Shown: one piece after another, positions 1-13,621 of the stretch
How the letters are laid out: every line of letters starts with the position of its first letter
Position numbering within the stretch: position 1 is the first letter of the stretch
DNA from: Eledone cirrhosa
Taxonomy: Eukaryota
Assembly: GCA_964016885.1 (NCBI GenBank)
Contig: OZ024753.1
Location: forward strand, 31,620,001-31,684,000
Reading direction: 5' to 3'
DNA length: 64,000 bases
Notes under the pieces: generated by a model
The model's database searches: none
The model's input: only the letters and a program-made list of their open reading frames with translations
What the model was told of the DNA's origin: nothing
Translations under genes and position numbers: made by a program

Positions 1-71
1 ATGTGATAGGAAAACATCTATTAAATATATACTGTATGTATTTATCTATATAAACATTCTTGTTATTGCAG

Positions 72-163
72 GTATTACTGGCACCGTCAGTATTGATGAA
101 AATGGTGATAGGAGTGCGGACTACTCTTTGCTGGATATGGACCCTCTAAGTGGAAAGTTTGAG
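72..163 (+). CDS. NPR1-like: Receptor guanylyl cyclase (natriuretic peptide receptor-like) internal exon, end of extracellular ligand-binding domain
   Basis: ttgcag|GT ATT ACT ... TTT GAG|gtaagg; 92 nt, phase 1->0. Translates (G)ITGTVSIDENGDRSADYSLLDMDPLSGKFE, matching the GITGxVxIDxNGDR..D(Y/F)SLxDM motif of GC-A/GC-B. Confidence 0.93.
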
Positions 164-2581
164 GTAAGGCATATTAAAAGAACATATTTAATTTTAATCA
201 ATATTTACTCCTGATAAGGACCTCCTGAACTTTAGCATTTCGATTGTTCTATAAACATCCATTGTCAGATATATATGTATGCACAAGGGTCCTCACCAAA
301 TAGGCTTCAGAATATATAATATCATTGAATATTTCTATATTAGGGACAAGATGCCTTAGTCAGGAGGAGAGCAGTGCTATATATTTTCAGCACTTTCCAT
401 ACTGGTTGCAGAGGACGAAATCTTGGTCCAAGTTCTTGTAATAGGGTAGAGTTTACTAAAGGCATGCAAAAATTCAAACATTATATTAATGAGGCAGATT
501 GATTAAGTCTAACACTCATGCATGCCACAGTGCGATTTGATCTCAGAACTCAAAGAATCAGGAAAAATATGATACATCATGATGTGGTGTAAAAATAATT
601 CTCTTAATTATTTTTACACAAATATGTGTGCTCATTTCACTACTGCTAAGCTCTTTCTATTATAGACATACAATTTCTGATAAAAGAATAAAAAAAACAT
701 TACCAGTCAAGATAAGAAGTGCCTTGCACTAAACATATAGCTTATGGTTCCGTTGGACTTTAGTGTTCTGCTTTCCATACCTGGACAATCATACATACCA
801 GAGAGGCTTGGTGATGATAGCTTTCTTCAATTTCTAGCACACTTTCTGATAAGAAAGAATGAGTTTGTAATGGGAAGATGAAAAATCAATATTATTCATA
901 CTTTGTGATTATTCCACATTATATATTGCATCATAATATCTATATCACTTTCAAACAGTCATACTGCTGTATTATAATATATAATCGAAATATCACATTC
1001 ACTTATAATAGAATTGAATGGACCTCCATTTGGGCAATGAATGTTTTAGTTCTTCAATGGACAGAAAACCTGTCTATAAAATTGCAGTGTAAATTGCTGA
1101 GCATTTAACAAACATATATAAGCTTAACATAATTCTCTTGTGTGACAAGGCTGGCTCTTTAAATTACAAGTACATCCACCTGACACATTTTTGAAGAGTT
1201 TCCAGTAACATAATTTTACTCACGGCTTTGCTCATTTCTAGTTTAGAAAATAACACTTGTTCAACATGGCACACTGTAGGAACGAATGTGAAACATTAAG
1301 TTTTCAATGCAAACTGTCATTTACATATACATTACTGTATTATTGAATATCTTCATAAAATCAGAGGTGAATATTTTCTTTTCATGAAATGTAGCTGTGT
1401 GGAATTGTATCAATCTAAACATACACATCAACTAAACTGGATGAATAGCATGATTGAGGAATGGCAGTAAATACCTTGCGGTATTTCTCCTCTTAAGTTG
1501 GTTTTCAATCTGTTTCATTTCTATGAATGGTTTCTTTCAATAATAAAGAAATAATATTTACAAAAGTGATAATTAAAAGAATATATTACTTCTAAAGTAT
1601 GTGTCTTTTATGCCTGAAGGAGAAGTTCATAATCTTGATAGTGCTATAACAAATTTTATTGATATTTTTATTCTTAAAGATGAAATCAGTCAAAGAAAAC
1701 TGAGGATATCAAGAAATTTTAGTGCAGTCATTAATTGAATTATTTTATAACAAACCTCCTTATATATTAAAATACTGAGATTAAGACAACCTTTTATCAG
1801 TTTAATATCTGATTGATGCAGTGTAGTTTAGAACTTCTCTTCCCACCCATACAAACCCAGGTTCAATTTCACTGAAAGACATCTTTAGTAAGAGTCACTA
1901 ATCAAAGTTCCAAGTTCACCCTAGCATTGTGAGTCACTGTCGCTAGCATGCTATTGATCTCTGTATTGGTTATACTGGACATAAAGAGGTGCCATAGAGT
2001 GGCTTTGTGATATATGCAACATAATTAAACTTTGTGAACAGCAATTAATTACTCTTGATTGAAATTATATTTTGTCAAGACGTTTTGAGGTAATATTTGC
2101 TGCATTTAATAATCCTAAGGAATATATTTTGCTGTATATAGATGCATGTCTATGAGGTTCTAAGTGTAGCTGTTAGCTAAACAGTGTTGATGGCGATAAC
2201 CGTTTGATACGTTTAACTGTAATCATAATGATTTGCATATTCTCATTAAATATAAAGTGGACACAGAAATGGATGAGGTGTTAAGAAGTTCACTTTCCAA
2301 TCACAAGGTTGGGAGTTTCATTCCACTTAATGGCATGTTGATCAAGTGTTTTTATCAAAGCCCCAAATCAACCCAAGTGTTCTGAGTGAAATTGTGTACA
2401 CAGAAACTGTGTAAAAACCCATCAAATGGATTTGAAGTGGAGTACTCAACCACCTACATGTTAATTCACAAACAGCAGATTCATTTGATTGAGCAACATA
2501 TATATATAAATATAGGAAAAAGGTGGTGGAAAAAAAAGAAGGAAAGAGTGAAGGGAAAAAGAAAAGGGAAGGAAAAAAAAC

Positions 2582-2816
2582 AAAAAATACAGTCCATGCT
2601 GTAATGTGGCCATGTAGGTAACACGGTAAGAAGCTCCCAGCCCACACTGTAAATGTGGTTGGTGTTAGGAAGCGCACCCAACCGTAGAAAACCTGCCAGA
2701 TAGTCCTATACAAGCGAGACACGATCACCTGACCAATCTTACCTCAAGTGCGACAACTCCCATATATCCCATGCTAGCATGGAAGATGGACGTTAAATGA
2801 TGATGATGATGATGAT
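2582..2816 (+). mobile_element. RTE LINE 3' end fragment
   Basis: Closely similar to 10287-10520 (cagtccatgctgtaatgtggcc...tggtgttaggaag...gaaaacctgccaga...ggacgttaaa) and ends in (GAT)n. Confidence 0.85.
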
Positions 2817-3133
2817 ATATATATATAAAAATACGTATTTGTGTGTGTATATAACCATGTCATGTTTTTCGGTGTGAGAATGAACACTCAAAATTGAAGT
2901 AGAATTTAATAATATTATTTACTATGGCTGAATGATGTGTCTTAATAATCTTGATTTTCATATATACTTCAATATACACATCTCTACCCAACACACTGTG
3001 TGTGTGAGAGAGAGTAATAAATGTGTATACAGAGGCGTATATGAATAACTGTGTTCACTTTCATGCTTAACATATATGAGATGTGTGTGTGTGTGTCTGT
3101 ATATATATATATATACTCACATATATATATATA

Positions 3134-3193
<60 letters not shown>

Positions 3194-4002
3194 TATATAT
3201 ATATATATATGAGGAGGAGGACTCTAATGACAAAATACAAGTGGTTAACAAAGGAATTTTGTACAAATTCTACTTTGATTCTTGTCACTTTTCTATTTCT
3301 ACATGAGCTGTGTTAAAATTAAGATTATCACTATTACATCAAAATTAATTAAAGTGTCTAAATTATATAATTCCTAGAATTCTATATCTTTCTTGTCAAA
3401 TATCGAAAGGTGCTTTCTTCTGAAAATTATTGATTATTCTTTTAAATTCATTAATTAGATTGAAATAATTAAATTAAATTACTTGAGGAGCAGACAAGGA
3501 TTGAACAAAGGACAAATCTGTTATATATGAGTAACTTAGTCTGTTATATTGAAATATATGTTAGTCATATAGATATTGTGAATGTTGCTGAACTTTAGGA
3601 ATGATGAAATACACATTTCTGAAAGATCTACACTCAATATCACATACATAAATATTCTGTTGCTGTTTAATGTGGAATATTTATATATAAGAAGCAGAAG
3701 CTGTTTACTATGATTAGAGAACCACAGTGGTTGAAATGTATGAAATGCATGCTGGTGCTGTGATGGGAGCTGATATACTAGTGTGTAAAGTTTGGTGGCA
3801 GTGGTCGGTGCTATTGATGTCTGTTCACATATATATATATATGTCCCAAGGCTCTGATACCATCAACACCATAAACACAGAGCTGGCATATCTAAGAACT
3901 GACTAACTGCCTGATGAGGTCATAGCCATTCAATGGCTATCATTAAAATATGTATAGCAGTAAATAAAGGATTATGAGTTCATGCAATTGACTTATGTTT
4001 CG

Positions 4003-4049
<47 letters not shown>

Positions 4050-4594
4050 GGAGAGAGAGAGAACAATACAACAATGGCTGCATATCGGTTTCAAGAACTG
4101 CCAACTCTTGAACTTCTTTGTATGCATAGGTGGCATGCACATGACTTTTATTACCGCTAAGACCCAAGTTACTTTACACTCCAAATCTGCCCACTTCTCC
4201 TGCATCCTGATTCTGACAATCCATAAACATCCCATCTGGCATTCAAATGATTTTGCCAGTCTATCATCCTAGACTAGTACTTTATGTATCAATCTTAAAA
4301 TGATGAAAGCAAAGTTGAACTTGGTAGAATTTGAACTCAGTTCACAGAAATCCAGGATAAATGCCACAAGCTATTATTCATAGGCTAACCAAGATTCTCT
4401 TATGGAATGGCCAGATGAGGTTTATTTTTCATCATACACACTGGAAAGAAACAAGATGGTTATCAATTAGAAGAGTTGAAATTAATGCATGCAAGATTTC
4501 ACAGCGCTAGCATCATGTCTTCATAGTCAGCCTATGAACTGTTTAGCTGCCCCTCGTATCTGAGACGTTAACAATCCTGTCATTTAGATTAGAT

Positions 4595-4784
4595 AATTGT
4601 TTCTACATTAGGCACAAGGCCAACAATTACCCAGTGCATTACTGGTACTTTATTTTATTGACCCCGTAAGGATGAAAGGCAAAGTTAACCTTGGCGGGAT
4701 TTGAACTCAGAATGGCAAGGCCCGTAACTCTATACGTCAAAGCATGGCGTCCAATCCACTACCAATACTGCCAATCCATAGCCC
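4595..4784 (-). mobile_element. ~190-bp tRNA-derived cephalopod SINE
   Basis: Reverse complement of the consensus; TSD atttagattagataat at 4582-4597 and 4787-4802. Confidence 0.88.
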
Positions 4785-6014
4785 TAATTTAGATTAGATA
4801 ATGTTATCTAAATTAAGAAACTAATTTTAGAGTATATTAGCAACTATTAATTCACAATTGGTAATTATAATTAGAGATCAGTGTGACAGGAAAGTTTTGA
4901 CAATAAAGTTCCTTCTTTATATATTCTCATAATATATAAATCATTAAATGGATGCTTAATATAAATTAAGACTGCACAATGTCTAAAATAATCTTGTTGA
5001 GATGAAGTTCAAGTGACTATAACCTTAAATTATCATTGACTGTTTCTACATCTTGGATAATTCTGAAATTATTTCCTGAACTAATATGTCTTCAGAAAAG
5101 TCAAGATGGAAACTAAAAGTGCTCTATTACCAGAATATTGTGTTAATTTAATTTAATAGCCATATACATGGTCTGATGGGAGAGAATCCCTAGATATTGA
5201 TTATGACGTAGTACAAGAGTTCAATACATTGATAAATTAATTGTATCCATTATTATTTTGGATCTAATATTGGTTTCTAAAATTGGTGAAAAGCCATAAA
5301 ATATTGGAGAGAGAAAAGTCTATTGTGTCTATTGTAGTAGTTTAGTGGTAATGTATTTTAACAACGTTGCTAGGAGGAGTCATTGTTGACTATATTAAGA
5401 TACAAACTCATTGCTTAAAGATGCATAACTAAATTCCTGCATGAAATCTTGTCAGTCACTGTCAATTATACAACTCCTATGTCTTGATTTACTGATTCTA
5501 CAGCTTCACTATGCTGGCTATCTACTATATATTATAATTATATAAATATTATTATAATGTACATGCCTTAGTGGATAGGGTGTTCAACTCATAAGGTTAT
5601 ATGATTGACTCCTGGTATCATATGTTGTCCTTGACCAAGAAACTTTATTTCACCCTCCCCCAGTTAACTCAGTTGGTACAAAATGAGTTATACCAGTAAA
5701 ATAAAAGGCAAGATTTGTCACATAACTGTGTCATACTGAATCATCATGAGAATTATATTAAGGGTACATTTGCATGCTAGGAGAGTACATAAGCTGCCTG
5801 TTACATTAATTAAATCAAGTGAAAGTTTCATTGTAAGAATCAATGGCAGTTCAACACACACCACACACAAGTTTTATACAGCAGAACTTTCACATTACCT
5901 TCTCGGCAGGTTTGTATATATTTTCTCTATATCTATTTTCTTATGCAATATGTATTCTATATTATCAATAAATATATGCAAGTAATTTATGTAATATTAC
6001 ATGTTTATTTACAG

Positions 6015-6153
6015 GTTGTCGCTAATTATTTTGGCAATAAGAAACAGTATATACCTGTGCCAAACAGAACCATTCACTGGGCAGGTGGAAGAAAGTCCCC
6101 TCCTCCAGATACACCTACATGTGGATTTAATAGATCAAAATGTCCACCTGACA
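6015..6153 (+). CDS. NPR1-like: Receptor guanylyl cyclase exon, juxtamembrane extracellular hinge
   Basis: ttacag|GTT GTC ... GAC A|gtatgt; 139 nt, phase 0->1. [46 protein letters not shown] contains the W..G..PPPDxPxCGF...C juxtamembrane disulfide motif. Confidence 0.94.
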
Positions 6154-6234
6154 GTATGTATTGTGAAATGTTTCCTTTTATATAAGTGTGTGGGAGAATG
6201 TATGTAAATGTGTATATATAGAAATATATATATG

Positions 6235-6292
<58 letters not shown>

Positions 6293-6328
6293 TAAATAAA
6301 TATATATATATATATAAATAAATATATA

Positions 6329-7352
6329 GTAATAATAATAAATTTGAAGACTAAAATCCAAAGAGGGCTCGATAAGGATAAATATATATCAAACATATAA
6401 GAACCGCAGAGCAAATATTTATTAAAATCCAGATTAAAGTTTATGCAAAGAATCGCAGCTTTCACCCTTAAGGGGATCTTCTGAAACTAACAAAGTCAAT
6501 CTGTAAACGCAGAAGTGGATATTTCAGAAAACGTTGCAACCGGAGGAAGACAGGAAGATGATACTTTGGTTCGTGGAAACGTTCCCTGGCAAAGAACGGG
6601 AAAAAAACGAATATAATACGTCATTAATAGGAGCGTTGAAAAAAATTACGCGCAAAGACAGAACCACGTTTATGGTATAAAAGAAGTCGTAGACTAATGT
6701 TCTCTTAGGTGGTTCAAGAGACGTTCTCTGGCAATGAACGAAAAAAACGAAGATAATACGTCATATGTGGAGCGTGGAGAACAATGGCATGCAAAGACAA
6801 AACCACGTAAATGGTATAGCTGAAGTCGTAGACTAAATTCTAACTAGGAAACCGAATGAATCTCCGCTTCAGAGTTAAGTAGATAGACGGGAAAGCCTCA
6901 ACGAAACGTTTCTTACCAGGTTCTGGGTTATGCTGGCAGGATGGTTGGAATGCTTACTTATGTAATTAAGTGTATCATTCGGCTTTCTATACGGGTAATA
7001 CAACCCATTCGATTAATTGAGGGTAACGTCGAGGTAATTAACGACTGAGAGATTGGCCTCAACCTGTATAGAGAGGTTGAAGCCTTTAAAGAAGGCTGTG
7101 AGTTCTTTTCTGAACCTGTCGCAAGCACGAGGTCCGCACTTAGTCATGGTCAAAAGACCATCATCACGGTACAAACCACCGCCCGCACTGGGGAATTCGT
7201 CCTTGATAGAGAAAAGAAGGAAAAGGCCGATAAGATCAGTAACCTCCGCAGAATCGCTGGCGCCCATACTCACGTCGAATGGGGTACTATTGGATTTTTT
7301 AATCCAAATAGAGCCGTCGAAATTAATTACTGACTTACGGGCATTGAGGATG
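6329..7352 (-). mobile_element. Penelope-like element fragment, family A (Naiad-type RT remnant plus pLTR)
   Basis: Flanked by (TA)n; contains PLE RT coding, two ~130-bp tandem units (6576-6703, 6718-6841) and an HHR-like motif at ~6445-6490. The terminus recurs at 11441-11564 and inverted at 12060-12270. Confidence 0.85.
6875..7352 (-). pseudogene. Disrupted PLE reverse transcriptase
   Basis: ILNARKSVINFDGSIWIKKSNSTPFDVSMGASDSAEVTDLIG...GLYRDDGL...VNYLDVTLN*SNGLYYPYRKPNDTLNYISKHSNHP...RLSRLST*; in-frame TAA at 7013-7015. Confidence 0.85.
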
Positions 7353-7380
7353 ACATATATATATATATATATATTTATAT

Positions 7381-7520
7381 ATCATCATTTTCATCATTTC
7401 ATTTTACGTCCTCTTTTCCCTGCTTGCAAGGGTGGGACGGGAACTGATGCTGGCTTGATTTCTACAGCTGGATGCCCTTCCTAACACCAACCTCATTTAC
7501 AGTGAGTGCTGGGTGCTTTT
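7381..7520 (-). mobile_element. RTE-related 3' end fragment
   Basis: (ATC)n tail, then ttttacgtcc...gctggatgcccttcctaacaccaacc, the reverse complement of the RTE 3' UTR core. Confidence 0.75.
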
Positions 7521-7559
7521 TTGCCGTGGCACCTCCACGACCACTTTGCAGTGCATTTC

Positions 7560-7695
7560 TACAGCTGAGTAAACTGGAGCAATGTGAAATAAAGTGTCTT
7601 GCTCAAGGAAACAACACATCACCCGGTGTGAGAATTGAACTCACAACCTTTCGATTGCAAGGCCAATGCTCTAACCACTAAGCCATGTGCCTCCA
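7560..7695 (-). mobile_element. tRNA-derived SINE head with MetaSINE-like central motif
   Basis: Minus strand has A box tggcttagtggtt, B box gagttcaattc, then gtgttgtttccttgagcaagacact. A degraded relative lies at ~5560-5690 (+). Confidence 0.65.
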
Positions 7696-7697
7696 TC

Positions 7698-7699
7698 TA

Positions 7700-7743
<44 letters not shown>

Positions 7744-8372
7744 TATATATATATATATAAATAAATATATATATATAAATAAATATATATATATATATAT
7801 ATAAATAAATATATATATATAAATAAATATATATATATATAAATAAATATATATATATATATATAAATATATATGTATATAAATAAATATATATGTATAT
7901 AAATAAATATGTATATATATAAATAAATATATATGTATATAAATAAATATGTATATATATAAATAAATATATATGTATATAAATATATATGTATATATAT
8001 AAATAAATATATATATATATAAATAAATATATATATATAAATAAATATGTATATATATAAATAAATATATATGTATATAAATAAATATATATGTATATAA
8101 ATAAATATATATATATATATATAAATAAATATATGTATATATAAATAAATAAATATATATATATAAATAAAAATATATATATATAAATATATATATATAA
8201 ATAAATATATATAAATAAATATATATATATAAATATATATATAAATATATATATATATACAAAAATATATATATATAAATATATATATAAATAAATATAT
8301 ATATATATAAATAATTATATATATAAATAAATATATATATATATATAAATAAATATATATATATAAATAAAT

Positions 8373-8408
<36 letters not shown>

Positions 8409-8453
8409 TTTCAACGGAAACTTCAATACTTATATATATATATATATATATAT
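7698..8453. repeat. (TA)n/(TAAA)n compound microsatellite
   Basis: Direct observation. Confidence 0.95.
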
Positions 8454-10520
8454 TGAGAAAGACAGTCTCCCCATATCGATCCAATAGAGGGACCAGCAGT
8501 GTTAGTCGAGGGGAGTATAATAAGTAAGGCAATCAAGGATATGAAGACGGGTAAGGCGGCTGGGCCTTCGGAAATAGTTGCTGAGATGCTGAAGGCATCT
8601 GGCACGGTGGGACACACCATGGTCACCCGCATAGTTAACCAAGTCGTACAGAATGGGGTTGTTCCGAAGGACTGGCATAGTAGCATCATCGTTAACTGTT
8701 ATAAGGGTAAAGGAGACACCCTAGATAGGAGTAACTATAGAGGCATTAAATTAATCGACCAGGTCATGAAGGTCACGGAAAAAGTAATAGCGCAACTAAT
8801 CAGAGAGAGAATCGACCTAGATGAAATGCAGTTCGGGTTTGTGTCAGGCAAAAGTACCACAGACGCTCTTTTCATAGTACGACAACTACAGGAGAAGTAC
8901 CTAGCTAAAGGTAAACCCCTCTACTTAGCTTTTGTCGACTTGGAGAAAGCCTTCGACAGAGTCCCCCGCTCCATTATCTGGTGGGCTCTTAGAAAACTAG
9001 GCATTGACGAATGGCTTGTGAGGGCTATACAAGCCATGTATAAAGAAACAGTCAGCAAGGTTAGAATTAACAACGAATATAGTGAAGAGTTTAGCGTAAA
9101 AGTTGGCGTCCATCAGGGCTCTGTTCTCAGCCCCCTACTATTTATTATTGCCCTTCAGGCCATAACAGAGGAGTTCAAGACAGGCTGCCCATGGGAACTC
9201 CTATACGCAGACGACCTGACACTCATAGCGGAATCAATGGCCGAGCTAGAGAAGAAATTCCAAACATGGAAGCACGGCCTAGAGTCAAAAGGACTTAAAA
9301 TTAACCTGGCTAAGACCAAAGTTCTAGTTTGTAGGAAAGAAAACAAGGCGGCGGTCCCTTCTGGGAAATGGTCGTGCTCGGTGTGTAGGAAAGGCGTAGG
9401 TAGAAACTCCATTTTATGTCCTAAATGCAAAGTATGGGTGCATAAAAGATGTAGTGGGATCACAGGTAAGCTAACTAAGAACATAGATTTTACATGTGGC
9501 CGGTGTTCTGGTGCAATAAGTAGCAGCAAGTGCCCACAAAATACTAGCTCTTTCAATTGCGCAGAGGGTTCTATAGAAATAGTGGACAGCTTCCGTTACC
9601 TGGGCGATAAAATCAGCAGTGGGGGAGGGTGCTCTGAAAGTACTGTAGCTAGAGTCAGAACTGGTTGGAAAAAGTTCAGAGAGCTTATACCACTATTAGC
9701 TGCTAAAGGGTTCTCCCTAAAAATGAAAGGCAGGTTGTACGATGCCTGCATACGAACAGCAATGCTGCATGGCAGCAGACTAGAGAGGAACGAAGCTTGC
9801 ATGCTCCGCTGGATGTGTAACAGTAATATACGTGAACGGCAAAGCATAAACGAACTAAGGAAAAAATTAGAGATAAGAGGGATCAGATGTTGTTTACTCG
9901 AGAGAAGGCTACGTTGGTATGGACACGTGATGCGCATGAAAGTCGATAGCTGTATAACAAAGTGCAGGGCAATAAAGATAGACGGTAGTCACAGAATAGG
10001 CAGACCTAGAAAAACCTGGGACGAGCTGATAAACTCCGACATCACACACTTACACCTCTCCAAGACAATGTCACTGGACCGAGACCTTTGGCGGTACTCA
10101 GTAACAGAGAAGACCCGCCTTACCTAAATATATAGTAAAACCTACTCCAACCAGTAGGCATCTCTAACAAAATACACCCCATCCCACCACCCCCACCCCA
10201 TCCACACCACCCCGTTCTATGTAAAGTTATGTTGGTGCCGCGCCATAGGCCAAAACAAATGAGATCGTGTAGGTGTCACGACAAAAAAACACACAGTCCA
10301 CGCTGTAATGTGGCCGTGTAGGCAACACGGTAAAAACCTCCCAGACCCACACTGTAAATGTGGTTGGTGTTAGGAAGGGCATCCAACTGTAGAAAACCTG
10401 CCAGACAGTCCTATGCGAGCAAGACAATCACTCTTGCCTCAAGTGGGATTACCCCCGTCCAAACCCATGCAAGCGTGGAACACGGACGTTAAACGTTGAT
10501 GATGATGATGATGATGATGA
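8454..10520 (+). mobile_element. 5'-truncated RTE-clade LINE (RT ORF, 3' UTR, (GAT)n tail); APE endonuclease missing
   Basis: Open frame to the stop at 10127; 3' UTR ends ggacgttaaacg followed by (GAT)n; 5' end abuts (TA)n. Confidence 0.92.
8499..10127 (+). CDS. RTE LINE reverse transcriptase (partial ORF2) with an inserted PHD-type zinc finger
   Basis: Motifs [67 protein letters not shown]; C4HC3 cluster at 9375-9506. Confidence 0.9.
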   Translation: MLVEGSIISKAIKDMKTGKAAGPSEIVAEMLKASGTVGHTMVTRIVNQVVQNGVVPKDWHSSIIVNCYKGKGDTLDRSNYRGIKLIDQVMKVTEKVIAQLIRERIDLDEMQFGFVSGKSTTDALFIVRQLQEKYLAKGKPLYLAFVDLEKAFDRVPRSIIWWALRKLGIDEWLVRAIQAMYKETVSKVRINNEYSEEFSVKVGVHQGSVLSPLLFIIALQAITEEFKTGCPWELLYADDLTLIAESMAELEKKFQTWKHGLESKGLKINLAKTKVLVCRKENKAAVPSGKWSCSVCRKGVGRNSILCPKCKVWVHKRCSGITGKLTKNIDFTCGRCSGAISSSKCPQNTSSFNCAEGSIEIVDSFRYLGDKISSGGGCSESTVARVRTGWKKFRELIPLLAAKGFSLKMKGRLYDACIRTAMLHGSRLERNEACMLRWMCNSNIRERQSINELRKKLEIRGIRCCLLERRLRWYGHVMRMKVDSCITKCRAIKIDGSHRIGRPRKTWDELINSDITHLHLSKTMSLDRDLWRYSVTEKTRLT

Positions 10521-10861
10521 TATATATATATATATAAGTATTGAAGTTTCCGTTGAAAATTGAAAAAGTCATACTCTTTTTGAGACTATATAGAGCATTT
10601 GTAGTTTTTCCAAATTGAAGGATGAGTATTTAAACTTTATTTTATTCAGAGTTAAGGCTCTATTGATTTTTCCCTGGATTTCAGAAAATCTGTGGATAAA
10701 TCTATGTCTTGATTTTTTTTTAATTAAGTTTGAATTATTTTCCCACATCTTACGTTAATAATCTTTCCATTTTGATGTTATAGTCACTTATATATTATGA
10801 AACACTGTTGGCTTCATGCTCACAATAATTTCTATACTTTCATTTATATATAAATATATAT

Positions 10862-10962
10862 ATCATTCCATCATCATCATTCCATTTTATCTCCGCTTTT
10901 TCCCTGCTTGCAAGGGTGGGACGGGAACTGATTCTGGCTTGATTTCTACAGCTGGATGCCCT
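10862..10962 (-). mobile_element. RTE-related 3' end fragment, same subfamily as 7381-7520
   Basis: Shares ttttccctgcttgcaagggtgggacgggaactga...ggcttgatttctacagctggatgccc with the 7381 copy; (ATC)n tail. Confidence 0.75.
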
Positions 10963-10968
10963 ATATAA

Positions 10969-11015
<47 letters not shown>

Positions 11016-11238
11016 TATATATCTATATAAATATATATATAAATATATAAATACATATATATTAAATATATATATATATATTAAATATATATATATATAA
11101 ATATATATAAATATATATATATTAAATATATATATATATATTAAATATATATATATATATATAAATATATATAAATATATATATATTAAATATATATATA
11201 TATTAAATATATATATTAAATAAATATATATATTAAAT

Positions 11239-11269
<31 letters not shown>

Positions 11270-11298
11270 AATAAATATATATATATCTAAATAAATAT

Positions 11299-11329
<31 letters not shown>

Positions 11330-11576
11330 AATAAATATATATATATAAATAAATATATATATATACATAAATAAATATATATATATAAATAAATATATAT
11401 ATATACATAAATAAATATATATATATATATAAATAAATATAGTAATAATAATAAAATTGAAGACTAAAATCCAAAGAGGGCTCGATAAGGAAAATATATA
11501 TCAAATATATAAGAACCGTAGAGCAAATATTTATTAAAATAACAGATTAAAGTTTAAGCAAAGAATATATATAAAT

Positions 11577-11645
<69 letters not shown>

Positions 11646-11814
11646 AATATATATATAAATAAATATATATATATATATAAATAAATATATATATATATAA
11701 ATAAATATATATATATATATATAAATATATATCTATATATATATATAAATATATATCTATATATATATATATATAAATATATATCTATATATATATATAT
11801 AAATATATATCTAT

Positions 11815-11863
<49 letters not shown>

Positions 11864-11956
11864 AATATATATATACATATAAATAAATATATAAATATAT
11901 ATATACATATAAATAAATATATAAATATATATATACATATAAATAAATATATATAT

Positions 11957-12002
<46 letters not shown>
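10963..12002. repeat. (TA)n-type microsatellite interrupted by a PLE terminus
   Basis: Direct observation. Confidence 0.9.
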
Positions 12003-12004
<2 letters not shown>

Positions 12005-12270
12005 TAAATCCATGCTAGCACGGAAAATAGACGTTAAACGATGATGATGATATATATCAAGTAAGTTTGTTCTGAAACAGCGAGCGACTTTGAAATCAGA
12101 AAAAGAAGATTTCGCCGTATTTTTTGATGAAAGAAATTTTATCCTGATAGTGGTGTTTAAAACATGTATAATACATGTTGGTGACATACTTAATGAGTGC
12201 ACTAGAAGATCCCATTAAGGGTGAAAGCAGCGTCTCTTTGCTTAAACTTGAATCTGTTATTGTAATAAAT
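11441..12270. mobile_element. PLE family A terminal fragments in inverted orientation, separated by (TA)n and a short RTE tail
   Basis: 11441-11564 matches 6329-6452; 12237-12270 is the near reverse complement of 11529-11564; HHR-like motif tagaagatccc-attaa-gggtgaaagcagcgtc at ~12203-12235. Confidence 0.7.
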
Positions 12271-13137
12271 ATATATATATAGAATTGAATTATGAAGGCG
12301 GGGTATCCATTCAAGTCATATATATTAAAATATGAATAAGCTTAATATATTATCATTATCATGCAAGTCAGTCATCCAATATATATTTATTCATCTCTCT
12401 CTGGCTGATGTATGCATACATGCATAGAGAGAGATTACGGAAGTTACCAAATTTATTTTATTGACCTCTGGCCATAGCTCAAACTCTTGATGATATAACA
12501 AGTGTGCAGTTTATGGCTGCACATTGCATTACAGAGTGGGCATAATTAATTAGTGAGTGAGTTTTATGGCAGTTTTCAGGCAATAATTACACTGATCAAC
12601 CTCCTGGACAGAATTCTCTTCCATTGTAATTTTCAACCTATAACAGTTATTGAATGTGTTATATGCAAAGGATTACATAAGATTGGTAAATGTTACAAAA
12701 TCCTGGCTAATTACAACTCATCAGTACCAGTCTATAGAGTGTACTAGATTTATGAATCTGCTAGCTTCCCGATTCTAGCAGTTCATTGTCATGCTAGTGC
12801 AGGACCTCCAAAATTGTGAATGACAGTTGTAAAAAGGATACAATGAATGAGTGGTAGAATTCAAACAACTAGAATTAATTTTCAAACATATTCAAACATA
12901 TATATAGAGAGAAATACAAGGGCTGATTTGCAATATATAATCGAACAATCAACATTTAATATATGATTAATATATAAAAAAATTATAGAAAAGTTCAAAC
13001 CTTGTACAGGAGGCAAATTCAATCTATGAATGGGAGTAAATAATATATAGATTACAGAAGTCACCAAATTTATTTTAGTGACCATATTTATATATATGCA
13101 TAACTGCGTATATGTATATATATATATATATATATAT

Positions 13138-13338
13138 AACAAAGGAAATATGGTAAGGAACCCGATGGACCATAACGCACCAAAGTACTTAATACTTAGG
13201 GTAGTAGAATGGGTAATAGGAACGTGTAGGACCCCGATGGCTGAACTCAAGCCGTTTCAATGGGTAATTCTGGACTAAATTTAGTCCAGAATTAGCCGTC
13301 GAAACGGCTTGAGCTCAGCCGTCGGGGTGCTACTCGTT

Positions 13339-13343
<5 letters not shown>
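13138..13343 (-). mobile_element. PLE family B short fold-back copy
   Basis: Same terminus as 53036; folds back at ggactaaatttagtcc (~13280); (TA)n flanks. Confidence 0.85.
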
Positions 13344-13374
<31 letters not shown>

Positions 13375-13621
13375 TTTGCTCAAATAAATGGTGCTGTTGA
13401 ACCCATTCAATATGGTTGTCACCTCTCCTGTGTATATGTTTGTACTGACTACTTCATCTACTTTTGTGTGTGCATACATTGATATATATCCAATATAATC
13501 ATAGAAGGTAGCACTGTTAACTGTCATATATGACACAATATAATATTAATGTTTCTTCTTAATCAAACTTATTCAATATATATTCAATTAACTGTATTTA
13601 TGATCATTTCTATCTTTGTAG

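Noticed and set aside
3911-3930. CTGATGAG hammerhead core
   Set aside because: No downstream GAAA or stem III.
7600-7695. tRNA gene
   Set aside because: It is a SINE head followed by a SINE body motif; no intact cloverleaf.
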